The notes beneath the pieces are model-generated. The model saw only the letters and a program-made list of their open reading frames with translations, had not been told where the DNA came from and ran no database searches. A stretch of 32,000 bases of DNA from Mycolicibacterium smegmatis (GTDB lineage: Bacteria > Actinomycetota > Actinomycetes > Mycobacteriales > Mycobacteriaceae): NCBI RefSeq assembly GCF_001457595.1, contig NZ_LN831039.1, positions 4,230,001 to 4,262,000 of the forward strand, read 5' to 3'. This document shows, in pieces, positions 18,054 through 30,164 of this stretch. Numbering within the stretch: the stretch's first letter is position 1; each line of letters begins with the position of its first letter. A program made the translations under genes and the position numbers.

Positions 18054-18147
18054 GTGCCCATCCTTCCCAACGGAAGAACTCTCCAGACACGCCGGGGCGG
18101 ATCAACCATAACCAAGTAGTCGGATTAATACGGCGAGCGCAGTCTGA

Positions 18148-18206
18148 GACGTCTGATGTAATCCCAGCTTCGTGTCATATATGCCAAAACACATGACATT
18201 TCGCTG
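18148..18206 (+). repeat. Direct repeat copy 2, 59 bp
   Basis: gacgtctgatgtaatcccagcttcgtgtcatatatgccaaaacacatgacatttcgctg; partner of 15161-15219. Confidence 0.85.
18173..18198. promoter_or_regulatory. Palindromic site, copy 2: TGTCATATATGCCAAAACACATGACA, upstream of the arsR-like gene
   Basis: TGTCAT...ATGACA arms, about 97 bp upstream of the ArsR-like start. Confidence 0.5.
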
Positions 18207-18295
18207 GGATTATGACATCGAAATTGGGATTCTACAAGCAGACGAAACTCCCCGTTTCGCGACGCTCCGAATATTCTCTTGCATCTATATAGACA

Positions 18296-18631
18296 ATGAC
18301 GCATACTCGAGACGTGGACGTCTTCGAGGCGATAGCAGAACCGAGCAGGCGCGCACTACTCGATGCCCTGGTCGACGGTGAACGCACGGCAGGCGAGCTG
18401 GTCGCGACGCTGCCCGAGCTGACGCAGCCGACGGTGTCGCGGCACCTCAAGGTGCTGCGCGAGGTCGGCCTGGTCGAGGTGCGGCCCGACGCGCAGCGGC
18501 GCATCTACGCGTTGCGCGCTGACGGGCTGATGCAGATCGACCGGTGGATCGAGCGGTATCGGCGTCATTGGATCGACCACCTCGACACCCTCGAGCGCCA
18601 CCTCGAATCCACCCACAAGGAGGCGAAATGA
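18296..18631 (+). CDS. ArsR-family transcriptional regulator, 111 aa
   Basis: VFEAIAEPSRRALLDALVDGERTAGELVATLPELTQPTVSRHLKVLREVGLVEVRPDAQRRIYAL is a winged-HTH signature. Confidence 0.9.
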   Translation: MTHTRDVDVFEAIAEPSRRALLDALVDGERTAGELVATLPELTQPTVSRHLKVLREVGLVEVRPDAQRRIYALRADGLMQIDRWIERYRRHWIDHLDTLERHLESTHKEAK

Positions 18632-19140
18632 CCGACCGCGAAGGAAAACTGACGATCGAGGGCGATCTGGCCGTGCTCCGATTCGAACGCCGTCTCCCCT
18701 ACCCCGTCGAGGCGGTGTGGGCCGCCATCACCGACCCGCAACAGCGCGGGCAGTGGCTGGGTGAGACCACGATCGACGCGCGCGAGGGCGGACGCATCGA
18801 GATGATCCCCGACGGACCGGGAGTGCCGACCGAACACAAGAAGATGACGGGCCGGATCCGTGTCTGGGATCCTCCGCGGGTTTTCGAGCACGAGTGGCAT
18901 CAGCCGATCCTGGCCGAAACCGGTTCGGTGCGTTACGAACTCACGCCTGACGGCGAGGGCACGGTGCTTCGCTTCACCCACCGTGGCCTGACCCCGCGCG
19001 ACGGGCAGGGCTTCCTGCCCGGCACCCACGCCTTCTTCGACCGGATGGAGGCGTACCTGGCCGGCGAGCCGTTGCCGGACTGGGCCACCAGATACCAAGA
19101 AGTCGCACGATCCAAGAACGGAGGAACCAACCATGCCTGA
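18628..19140 (+). CDS. SRPBCC / AHSA1-domain protein, 170 aa
   Basis: FERRLPYPVEAVWAAITDPQQRGQWLG...GGRIEMIPDG...TGRIRVWDPPRVFEHEWH...LRFTHRGL. ATGA overlap with the upstream arsR-like gene. Confidence 0.88.
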   Translation: MTDREGKLTIEGDLAVLRFERRLPYPVEAVWAAITDPQQRGQWLGETTIDAREGGRIEMIPDGPGVPTEHKKMTGRIRVWDPPRVFEHEWHQPILAETGSVRYELTPDGEGTVLRFTHRGLTPRDGQGFLPGTHAFFDRMEAYLAGEPLPDWATRYQEVARSKNGGTNHA

Positions 19141-19771
19141 CACGCACAACGGAGCCGACATCGCGGCACCGAACGTCGCCGTGGTCTACCACTCGGGGTT
19201 CGGGCACACCGCAACCCTGGCCGACGCGGTCGCCGAGGGCGCCCGCGAAGCCGGTGCGGCGGTGGACCTGATCGCCGTCGCCTCGATGTCGGACGATGAC
19301 TGGGACCGGCTCGACAGCGCCGACGCGATGATCTTCGGCAGCCCCACCTATATGGGCAACGTCGCAGCGGCATTCCAGAGTTTCGCCGAGCAGACCGGCC
19401 GCCGCTGTGTCGAGGGCACTTGGCAGGACAAGGTCGCGGCCGGCTTCACCAACTCCGGGGGCAAGGGCGGCGACAAGCTCAACACCCTGATCTCACTCGC
19501 GGTCTTCGCCGCACAACACCACATGCATTGGGTCAGCCTGGGTTTGGGGCCGGGTTGGAACCACTCCATGGCCAGCGAGAACGACCTGAACCGGCTGGGC
19601 TTCTTCCTGGGTGCGGGCGCGGCCACCGACGTGGACCTCGACGCCGCATCGGTGCACCCCGCTGACGTCCAGACGTGCAGGCACCTGGGGCGGCGGGTCG
19701 CGCTGGTGACGCGTCAGCTCAACATCGGCCGCACGCTCACACCAGCGGCTTCAGCTCCTGCAGCATCGTAG
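19133..19771 (+). CDS. Flavodoxin-like / WrbA-type NAD(P)H:quinone oxidoreductase-like protein, 212 aa
   Basis: VAVVYHSGFGHTATLADAVAEGA, DAMIFGSPTYMGNVAAAFQSF, DKVAAGFTNSGGKGGDKLNTL. Confidence 0.85.
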   Translation: MPDTHNGADIAAPNVAVVYHSGFGHTATLADAVAEGAREAGAAVDLIAVASMSDDDWDRLDSADAMIFGSPTYMGNVAAAFQSFAEQTGRRCVEGTWQDKVAAGFTNSGGKGGDKLNTLISLAVFAAQHHMHWVSLGLGPGWNHSMASENDLNRLGFFLGAGAATDVDLDAASVHPADVQTCRHLGRRVALVTRQLNIGRTLTPAASAPAAS

Positions 19772-21107
19772 GCACCAACTCGCTGACGGTGGGATGGATG
19801 TGCATGGTGCGCGATATCGCGGTATAGGGTTCCTTGGCCGCCATGATGTCGAGGATCGCGTGAACCACCTCGTCGCCACCCACCCCGAGGATGGCCGCGC
19901 CGAGGATCTCCTGTGTCTCGGCGTCGACGACGACCTTCATGAAGCCCTGCGTCTCCCCCTTCTCCACGGCACGCCCCACGCGCGTCATGGGACGCTTGCC
20001 CACCAACGCCTTTCGGCCTGACGCCCGTACCTGGGCCTCGGTCAACCCCGCACGCCCCAGCGGCGGGTCGATGTAGAGCGCGTAGGTGGGCACCCGGTCG
20101 CTGACCCGACGCGGATCATCGTCGAGCAGGTTGGCGGCGACGATCTCGAAATCGTTGTAGGACGTGTGGGTGAAAGCCCCCTTGCCGTTGCAGTCCCCCA
20201 TCGCCCAGATGTGCTCGACGTTGGTGCGCAACTGATCGTCGACGACGATGAAGCCGCGCTCGTCGACCTCGACTCCGGCCTTCTGCAGATCGAGATCGTC
20301 GGTGTTGGGCTGCCGCCCGACCGCGAGCAGCAGGTGCGTGCCGGCGATCGGTTGGGCGTCGTCGCGTGGAACGACGTCGAAACCGTTGTCACGCTTGGTG
20401 AACCGGATGCCGGTCGCGTCGAGCACCACGGTGATGCCTTCGGCCTCCAGGATGTCCCTGATCGCCGCGGACACGTCCTCGTCCTCACGCGCGGTCAGGC
20501 GCGGGCCCTTCTCGACCACGGTGACGGCCGCACCGAAGCGTCGGTACATCTGCGCGAACTCCAGCGCGATGTAGCTGCCGCCGATGATCACGAGATGTTC
20601 TGGCACCGAGTCGAGTTCGAGGATGCCGGTGTTGGTCATGTAGTCGATGCCGTCGAGGCCCGGGAACTCGGGCACCACGGCGCGGCCACCGACGTTGAGG
20701 AAGATCCGCTCTGCGGTGAGCCGTTCACCGTCGACGTCGACGGTGTGGGGGTCGACGAATCGGGCGTGGCCGCGGATCAGGGTGGCCCCGTCCATGCCTT
20801 CGATCCACGACTCGACGCCGTGCCGGTCGCCGAGCATGATCTTGTCCTTGCGGGCCTTGACCCTGGCCATGTCGACCGTGACATCGCCTGTGCCGACGCC
20901 GTATTCGCTTCCGCGACGCGCGAGGTGGGCGGCATGCGCGCTGGCGACCAAGGTCTTGGTGGGGATGCACCCGGTGTTGACGCAGGTGCCGCCGACGTAT
21001 TTGCGTTCGATGACCGCGACGGTCTGGCCGGCGTCGGTCAACCGTCCGGCCAGCGGTGGTCCGGCCTGGCCCGCGCCGATGACGATCGCGTCGAAGGTAC
21101 GTGCCAT
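19737..21107 (-). CDS. FAD-dependent pyridine nucleotide-disulfide oxidoreductase, MerA-like
   Basis: MARTFDAIVIGAGQAGPPLAGRL, redox motif YVGGTCVNTGCIPTKTLVASA, HLLLAVGRQPNT, IWAMGDCNGKGAFTHTSYND, dimerisation end AISRTMHIHPTVSELVPTML. Start taken at 21107 rather than the ORF maximum 21197. Confidence 0.88.
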   Translation of the reverse strand: MARTFDAIVIGAGQAGPPLAGRLTDAGQTVAVIERKYVGGTCVNTGCIPTKTLVASAHAAHLARRGSEYGVGTGDVTVDMARVKARKDKIMLGDRHGVESWIEGMDGATLIRGHARFVDPHTVDVDGERLTAERIFLNVGGRAVVPEFPGLDGIDYMTNTGILELDSVPEHLVIIGGSYIALEFAQMYRRFGAAVTVVEKGPRLTAREDEDVSAAIRDILEAEGITVVLDATGIRFTKRDNGFDVVPRDDAQPIAGTHLLLAVGRQPNTDDLDLQKAGVEVDERGFIVVDDQLRTNVEHIWAMGDCNGKGAFTHTSYNDFEIVAANLLDDDPRRVSDRVPTYALYIDPPLGRAGLTEAQVRASGRKALVGKRPMTRVGRAVEKGETQGFMKVVVDAETQEILGAAILGVGGDEVVHAILDIMAAKEPYTAISRTMHIHPTVSELVPTMLQELKPLV

Positions 21108-21108
21108 G

Positions 21109-21591
21109 TCACACCACCGCCGTGAGCGCCGCGATACCGAAACCGCCGAGGACGGCAACGGCGTCCTCCGACAACGCGATCGGAAGGTCACGCCCACCGG
21201 TCGCGGCGACGAGCCGTCGTCGGGCCTCGGCGCCGCCCAGAGTGCCGAGCACCGCGCCGATCATCCCGGCGCCCAAGCCGCCGAACTTGTAGCCCCATGC
21301 GGTTCCGATGACGGCCCCGGCGAACGCGCCGGTGACCAATCGCGTCCCGAACTGGATCGCGGTCTTGCGACTCGGGGTCTTCGGCAGCTTGTCGGTGACC
21401 AACTCACCCACGGCCAGGATCGTCAGAACCGTCACGGTGATCGGATGGGCCAGCCACTCAACCCAGGTGTTGTCCAGGTTGATCCACTGCAGCGCCGCGG
21501 CCCACGCCACCGCCGCCGGGGCAGTCATCGCCCGCAGGCCGGCCACCACGCCGATGAGAAGGGCCAACAACAGAACCAGAAAGTGCGTCAT
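21109..21591 (-). CDS. DUF4126-like membrane protein, 160 aa
   Basis: VAGLRAMTAPAAVAWAA..., LPKTPSRK, GAVIGTAWGYKFGGLGAGMIGAVLGTLGGAEARRRL, with several hydrophobic helices. Confidence 0.7.
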   Translation of the reverse strand: MTHFLVLLLALLIGVVAGLRAMTAPAAVAWAAALQWINLDNTWVEWLAHPITVTVLTILAVGELVTDKLPKTPSRKTAIQFGTRLVTGAFAGAVIGTAWGYKFGGLGAGMIGAVLGTLGGAEARRRLVAATGGRDLPIALSEDAVAVLGGFGIAALTAVV

Positions 21592-21654
21592 GGCAGCCTC
21601 CGCGGTGGGTTGTCACCCGGACGCTAACACGCGTGGCAGCCTCGCACCCGCCGA

Positions 21655-22509
21655 TCAGAATCGGCAGAACCGGATATCGGAGGCCAGAATCGCTTTCGCA
21701 CCGATGGCCGCGATCTCGTCCATGATCGCGTTGACGTCGCGTCGCGGCACCAACGCGCGCACCGCGACCCAGTCCGGATCGGCCAGTGGCGCGATCGTCG
21801 GCGATTCCAGACCCGGGGTCACCGCGGTGGCCCGATCCAAAACCGCACGCGGGCAGTCGTAGTCCAGCATGAGGTACTGCTGACCGAACACCACACCCTG
21901 TACGCGTGCTGTGAGCTGGTCGCGCGCCGCTGCGTTCTCGTCGCCGTCGGCACCGTCCCGTTCGATGAGGACGGCCTCGGACTCGCACAGCGGATCGCCG
22001 AACGCCACCAAATTATGCAGACCCAGCGTGCGACCGGAGCCGACCACGTCGGCGATGACGTCGGCGACGCCGAGCTGGATCGAGATCTCGACGGCGCCGT
22101 CGAGGCGGATCACCGTCGCGTCGATGCCGTGCGCCGCGAGATCCTTGCGCACCAGGTTGGGGAACGACGTCGCGATGCGCTTGCCCGCGAGGTCGGCGGT
22201 GGTCCACTCGCGCCCGGCGGGCGCGGCATAACGGAACGTCGAGTTGCCGAAGCCCAGCGAGAGGCGCTCGCGCACCGGGGCATCCGAATCGGCCGCCAGA
22301 TCACGCCCCGTGATGCCGAGGTCGAGCTGACCGGAACCCACGTAGATCGCGATGTCCTTGGGCCGCAGGAAGAAGAACTCGACGTTGTTGCCCGGGTCGA
22401 CAACCGTGAGATCCTTGGGGTCACGCCGGCGCCGGTAACCGGCCTCGGCGAGGATCTCGGCGGCCGATTCACTCAGCGCACCCTTGTTGGGGACCGCCAC
22501 GCGCAACAT
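21655..22509 (-). CDS. hisG: ATP phosphoribosyltransferase (long form), 284 aa
   Basis: [86 protein letters not shown]. Start preferred at 22509 over 22527. Confidence 0.95.
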   Translation of the reverse strand: MLRVAVPNKGALSESAAEILAEAGYRRRRDPKDLTVVDPGNNVEFFFLRPKDIAIYVGSGQLDLGITGRDLAADSDAPVRERLSLGFGNSTFRYAAPAGREWTTADLAGKRIATSFPNLVRKDLAAHGIDATVIRLDGAVEISIQLGVADVIADVVGSGRTLGLHNLVAFGDPLCESEAVLIERDGADGDENAAARDQLTARVQGVVFGQQYLMLDYDCPRAVLDRATAVTPGLESPTIAPLADPDWVAVRALVPRRDVNAIMDEIAAIGAKAILASDIRFCRF

Positions 22510-22523
22510 CTGGTCGGTCACGG

Positions 22524-22805
22524 TCACAGCTTCCGGTAGACGTCGTCGAGGGTCAGGCCGCGCGACACCATGAGCACCTGCGTCCAGTACAGCAACTGGC
22601 TGATCTCCTCGGCCAGCGCCTCGTCGCCCTCATGCTCGGCCGCCAGCCACACCTCACCGGCCTCTTCGAGGATCTTCTTGCCGATCCCATGTACGCCGGC
22701 GTCGAGCGCGGCGACCGTGCCGCTACCGGCAGGACGGGTCCGCGCTTTGTCGCTGAGCTCGGCGAACAAGGCATCGAAAGTCTTCACGAGCATGAATTGT
22801 TTCAT
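22524..22805 (-). CDS. hisE: Phosphoribosyl-ATP diphosphatase, 93 aa
   Basis: [66 protein letters not shown]; adjacent to hisG. Confidence 0.95.
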   Translation of the reverse strand: MKQFMLVKTFDALFAELSDKARTRPAGSGTVAALDAGVHGIGKKILEEAGEVWLAAEHEGDEALAEEISQLLYWTQVLMVSRGLTLDDVYRKL

Positions 22806-22854
22806 GTCGGGCCAGGCTCACCGCCCGGGGTGCGCCGATGGGCGGCTGATGCCG

Positions 22855-24309
22855 TCAGTGCCCCAGCGCTTCGGCGTGCATGTCCTCCAGATTCTTACCC
22901 CTGGTCTCCTCCACCCACTTGCTCACGAAGAGGAACGACAGCACCGCACACAGCGCATAGAAGCCGTAGGCCAGGCCCAGGTGGTTGCGCAGCTCGGGGA
23001 AGCTGACGGTGATCAACCAGTTCGCGGCCCACTGCCCGGCCGCCGCCAGGCCCAGCGCGGCCGCACGGAAGCGGTTGGGGAACATCTCCCCCAGCAGCAC
23101 CCAGACCACCGGCCCCCACGACATACCGAAAGCGACCACGAACAGGTTCGCCGCGATGAGTGCGATCAAGCCGGACGCGCCGGGCAGATCGGGCGTGCCG
23201 TCGGGTTTGACCGTGGCGTTGGCGAAGATGACCGCCATGGTGGCCAGCGTGACCGCCATCCCCGCCGAACCGATCAGCAGGAGCGGTTTGCGGCCGATCT
23301 TGTCGATCAGCGCGATCGCGATCAACGTCGTCAGCACGTTGACCACCGACGTGATCACGGTGTAGATCGCGGACTGGTCGGCGCTGAAACCGACGGCCTG
23401 CCACAGCACATTCGAGTAGTAGAAGATCACGTTGATACCGACGAACTGCTGGAAGATCGACAGGCCCAGACCGACCCACACGATCCCGTAGATCCCGCCG
23501 GTGGGCTTCTTCAGATCGCGCCACGACGGTTTGTCCTCGCGCTCAAGGGTGTCGCGGATACGCGTGATGGTGATCTCCAGGTTCTTCTGCCCGAGCAGCA
23601 TGCTCAGCACCCGGCGCGCTTCTGGGATCTTGTGTGTGGCAACGAGATAACGCGGCGACTCGGGAATCGTGAACGCGAGCGCCCCGTACACGACGGCCGG
23701 CACGGCCATCGCGAGGAACATCCAGCGCCACGCGTCGAGTCCCATCGCCAGCACCTCGTTGGGACCGCCCGCCGCCCACTGCAACAGCCAGTTGACCGCG
23801 AAGGACGCGAAGATGCCCAACACGATGGCGAGTTGCTGGAGCGATCCGAGACGTCCCCGGATTCCCGGCGGCGACGTCTCTGCGATGTAGGCGGGCGCGA
23901 TCACCGACGCCACACCCACACCGACACCGCCGATGATGCGGAACACCACCAAGCTGATGGTCTCGGGTGAGAAACCCGATCCGAAGGCGCTGATGAGAAA
24001 CAACACCGCGGCGATCTTCATCACCGCGATGCGCCCGATGCGGTCGGCGATACGGCCGGCCGACAGTGCGCCTGCGGCAGCACCCAGCAGCGCCGACGCC
24101 ACCGCGAGTCCCAGGGCGTAGTTGCCGATGCCGAAGTCCTCTTGGATGGAGTCCACGGCACCGTTGATCACGGCGCTGTCGTAGCCGAACAGGAGACCGC
24201 CGAGGGCCGCGACCGCCGCGATCCGGACCGCGGTGCGACCGGAGGAGGCCGCCTGATCGTCGTCACCGAAGATCGACGGAGTGTCGTCGCTTACCGGACC
24301 GTGTGACAT
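22855..24309 (-). CDS. glcP: MFS sugar transporter, glucose permease GlcP-like
   Basis: GGLLFGYDSAVINGAVDSIQEDF, AGRIADRIGRI, YIAETSPPGIRGRLGSLQQLAIVLGIF, PESPRYLV, QQFVGINVIFYYSNVLWQ, DKIGRKPLLLIGS, GPVVWVLLGEMFPNRFRAAALG. Start at 24309 follows GAGAGGG. Confidence 0.8.
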   Translation of the reverse strand: MSHGPVSDDTPSIFGDDDQAASSGRTAVRIAAVAALGGLLFGYDSAVINGAVDSIQEDFGIGNYALGLAVASALLGAAAGALSAGRIADRIGRIAVMKIAAVLFLISAFGSGFSPETISLVVFRIIGGVGVGVASVIAPAYIAETSPPGIRGRLGSLQQLAIVLGIFASFAVNWLLQWAAGGPNEVLAMGLDAWRWMFLAMAVPAVVYGALAFTIPESPRYLVATHKIPEARRVLSMLLGQKNLEITITRIRDTLEREDKPSWRDLKKPTGGIYGIVWVGLGLSIFQQFVGINVIFYYSNVLWQAVGFSADQSAIYTVITSVVNVLTTLIAIALIDKIGRKPLLLIGSAGMAVTLATMAVIFANATVKPDGTPDLPGASGLIALIAANLFVVAFGMSWGPVVWVLLGEMFPNRFRAAALGLAAAGQWAANWLITVSFPELRNHLGLAYGFYALCAVLSFLFVSKWVEETRGKNLEDMHAEALGH

Positions 24310-24331
24310 GATGCGCCCTCTCGGCAGGAGA

Positions 24332-24345
24332 GTGATACCGATCAC
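24332..24345. promoter_or_regulatory. CRP-like palindrome GTGATACCGATCAC upstream of the glcP-like gene
   Basis: GTGA-N6-TCAC dyad located 23-36 bp upstream of the inferred start codon. Confidence 0.45.
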
Positions 24346-24397
24346 ATTCACAATGGCACACCGCGGTCACCCGCATGGCCGTATCCGGTGGGCTGTT

Positions 24398-25075
24398 TCA
24401 GGCGCTCAGGCGCTCTGGACCCAGCTCGGCATGGATTGCGCGCAGATCGTCGACCCCGAGCAGGCTCAGCGACTCCACCTGCTTGCGGCGCGGGCCGTGC
24501 GGCACCGCCACGTCGTTGGGGATCACCAGCACCGGGCAGCCCGCGGCCTCGGCCGCCGTCGTACCGGTCACGGAGTCCTCGACCGCCAGGCAGCGCGCGA
24601 CGGGCACGCCGAGCAGTTCGGCGGCACGCAGATACGGATCCGGCGCGGGCTTGCCGCTGGGCACCTCGTCGCCGCATACGCTCACCGAAAAGTAATGGCG
24701 CCCAATGCTGTTCAGCGCACGCTCGGCGAGATCGCGTCGGGTGTTGGTCACCAGCGCCATCGGGACCTCGGCAGCGACCAGCGCATCGAGCATCTCCTGC
24801 GCACCCGGTCGCCACGGCAAGCCCTGTTCGAACAACTCACCGGTGTAGGCATGCAGCCAGTCCGCAGATTCCGCCATCGCCGCGGGATCGGGTTCGAGCC
24901 CGATGTCCTCGTAGACGATGCGCATCACCGTTTCCGATGAACCACCGACCGTCGATTCCCGCACCTCCGGCGTGAGCACCGCGCCCATCCGCGCATACAG
25001 CGCGTGCATCGAGATGTCCCACAGCTTTTCGGAGTCGACCAGGGTGCCGTCCATGTCCCACAACACCGCCAGCAT
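24398..25075 (-). CDS. HAD-superfamily hydrolase (phosphatase / beta-phosphoglucomutase-like)
   Basis: MLAVLWDMDGTLVDSEKLW, MALVTNTRRDLAERAL, GKPAPDPYLRAAELLGV, RCLAVEDSVTGTTAAEAAGC. The longer ORF from 25294 runs antisense to the divergent gene. Confidence 0.9.
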   Translation of the reverse strand: MLAVLWDMDGTLVDSEKLWDISMHALYARMGAVLTPEVRESTVGGSSETVMRIVYEDIGLEPDPAAMAESADWLHAYTGELFEQGLPWRPGAQEMLDALVAAEVPMALVTNTRRDLAERALNSIGRHYFSVSVCGDEVPSGKPAPDPYLRAAELLGVPVARCLAVEDSVTGTTAAEAAGCPVLVIPNDVAVPHGPRRKQVESLSLLGVDDLRAIHAELGPERLSA

Positions 25076-25151
25076 GTTCTCGATTGTGTCAGGCCCCGAC
25101 GCTTTAGTCACATCAGCGACAGCGCAGGACACCTGTCTTACCTTGGAAATC

Positions 25152-25946
25152 ATGACGATTCTTGTGACCGGCGCCACCGGGAACATCGGCCGACGCATCG
25201 TGGATCGACTGGTCGAGTTGGGAGCCAACGACATCCGTGCATTGACAAAGAATCCGGCGAAAGCGAATCTGCCCGCTGGTGTGAGCGTTTTCACGGGCTA
25301 TCTCGGCGCCGTCGCATCGCTGGACGGCGTGTTCGACGGTGTGGACCGCATGTACCTGGCACCCCTGACACAGACTCTCGACGCGACGCTCGAACTCATC
25401 CGGCGGGCCGGCGTCGGCTACGTCGTCGCGCTGTCGGGCGGTGCGCACTGGGCCGAGCACGCCGGCAAGGTGCGCGCCTCGGGTGTGGCCCACACACAAC
25501 TGGGACCGGGCGAGTTCCTCGACAACTTCACGATCTGGGCCGACCAGATCAAACAGACGGGGACCGTCCGCGAGCCCTACCCCGACGTCGTCGAGGCCCC
25601 GATCAGCATGGACGACATCGCCCGCGTCGCCGCGGCGCTGCTCGTCGAGCCCGCACACCGGGGACAGATGCTCGAACTCACCGGCCCCGAGGCGCTGAGC
25701 CGCGCCGAGATCGCCGCGCAGATCGGCGTCGGCATCGGACGCACCGTCACGTTCGAGACGTGCACGCACGACGAGGCGGTCGCCCTGCTGACGCCCGTCA
25801 TGGGCGACGCCGCGACTTGGTACTACGACCTGGTGCGCTCCCGCGTCGAACCGCAACGTGCCAACCGGATCGTCGACGAGATCACCGGAACACCGGCGGA
25901 GGCGGTCCCGCAGTGGGCGGCCCGCAACGCCGGATTGTTCGGGTAG
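25152..25946 (+). CDS. NmrA-like / NAD(P)-binding Rossmann-fold protein, 264 aa
   Basis: MTILVTGATGNIGRRIVDRLVELGANDIRALTKNP, ISMDDIARVAAALLVEPAHRGQMLELTGPEALS. Confidence 0.88.
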   Translation: MTILVTGATGNIGRRIVDRLVELGANDIRALTKNPAKANLPAGVSVFTGYLGAVASLDGVFDGVDRMYLAPLTQTLDATLELIRRAGVGYVVALSGGAHWAEHAGKVRASGVAHTQLGPGEFLDNFTIWADQIKQTGTVREPYPDVVEAPISMDDIARVAAALLVEPAHRGQMLELTGPEALSRAEIAAQIGVGIGRTVTFETCTHDEAVALLTPVMGDAATWYYDLVRSRVEPQRANRIVDEITGTPAEAVPQWAARNAGLFG

Positions 25947-25949
25947 CGC

Positions 25950-29690
<3,741 letters not shown>

Positions 29691-30164
29691 GTGCACTCCT
29701 TCCGTAGCGGAAGGCGTCCTTGACTTCGTCGAGCGTGGCGGACTCCGGCGAGGACCGGGATCCGTTGCAACGCCTCTCGACGGGGAAAGTCTACGTCGTC
29801 ATCCGATCGACGTCTGGACGCCCAACCCGTAGCTGTGATCCACCCCGCCCCCAAGGGAACGCCCGCGCCCGGCCGACGGTTCACGATCGGCGGCGGAGGT
29901 AGCGGCACAGGCGGTGTTACCAAGGGCAAAACAGATTGCAGCAGAAAGTATTTCGTCTCGTCTATGGGGCGCCGGTCAACAGGGGACGGTCAGCCCGTCG
30001 TGGCGCCGTCGCATACAGCATCCGCGTCGCATGGCCCTCACACAGGTGGCGGTGCGGTGCGTGGAAGTGTCAGAGGCGGTCACATCGCCAGAGTAGTCCG
30101 TCCATTCGACAAACCGGGTCGCGCAACCGTCTCGACGGCACGTCGAAGGGCTTACGCTGGCAGT

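Larger units (their letters stand above)
15295..18104 (-). mobile_element. IS3-family insertion sequence interrupted by an IS30-family element (about 1352 bp without the insertion)
   Basis: Imperfect terminal inverted repeats: TGATCCGCCCCGGCATGTCGGGAGGTTCT at 15295-15323 versus the reverse complement of 18075-18104, TGATCCGCCCCGGCGTGTCTGGAGAGTTCT. IS3-type orfA and orfB lie inside. Confidence 0.85.

Noticed and set aside
18172-18381. 69-aa ORF spanning the palindrome and arsR-like start
   Set aside because: It begins inside the candidate operator and overlaps a well-supported ArsR-family gene in another frame.
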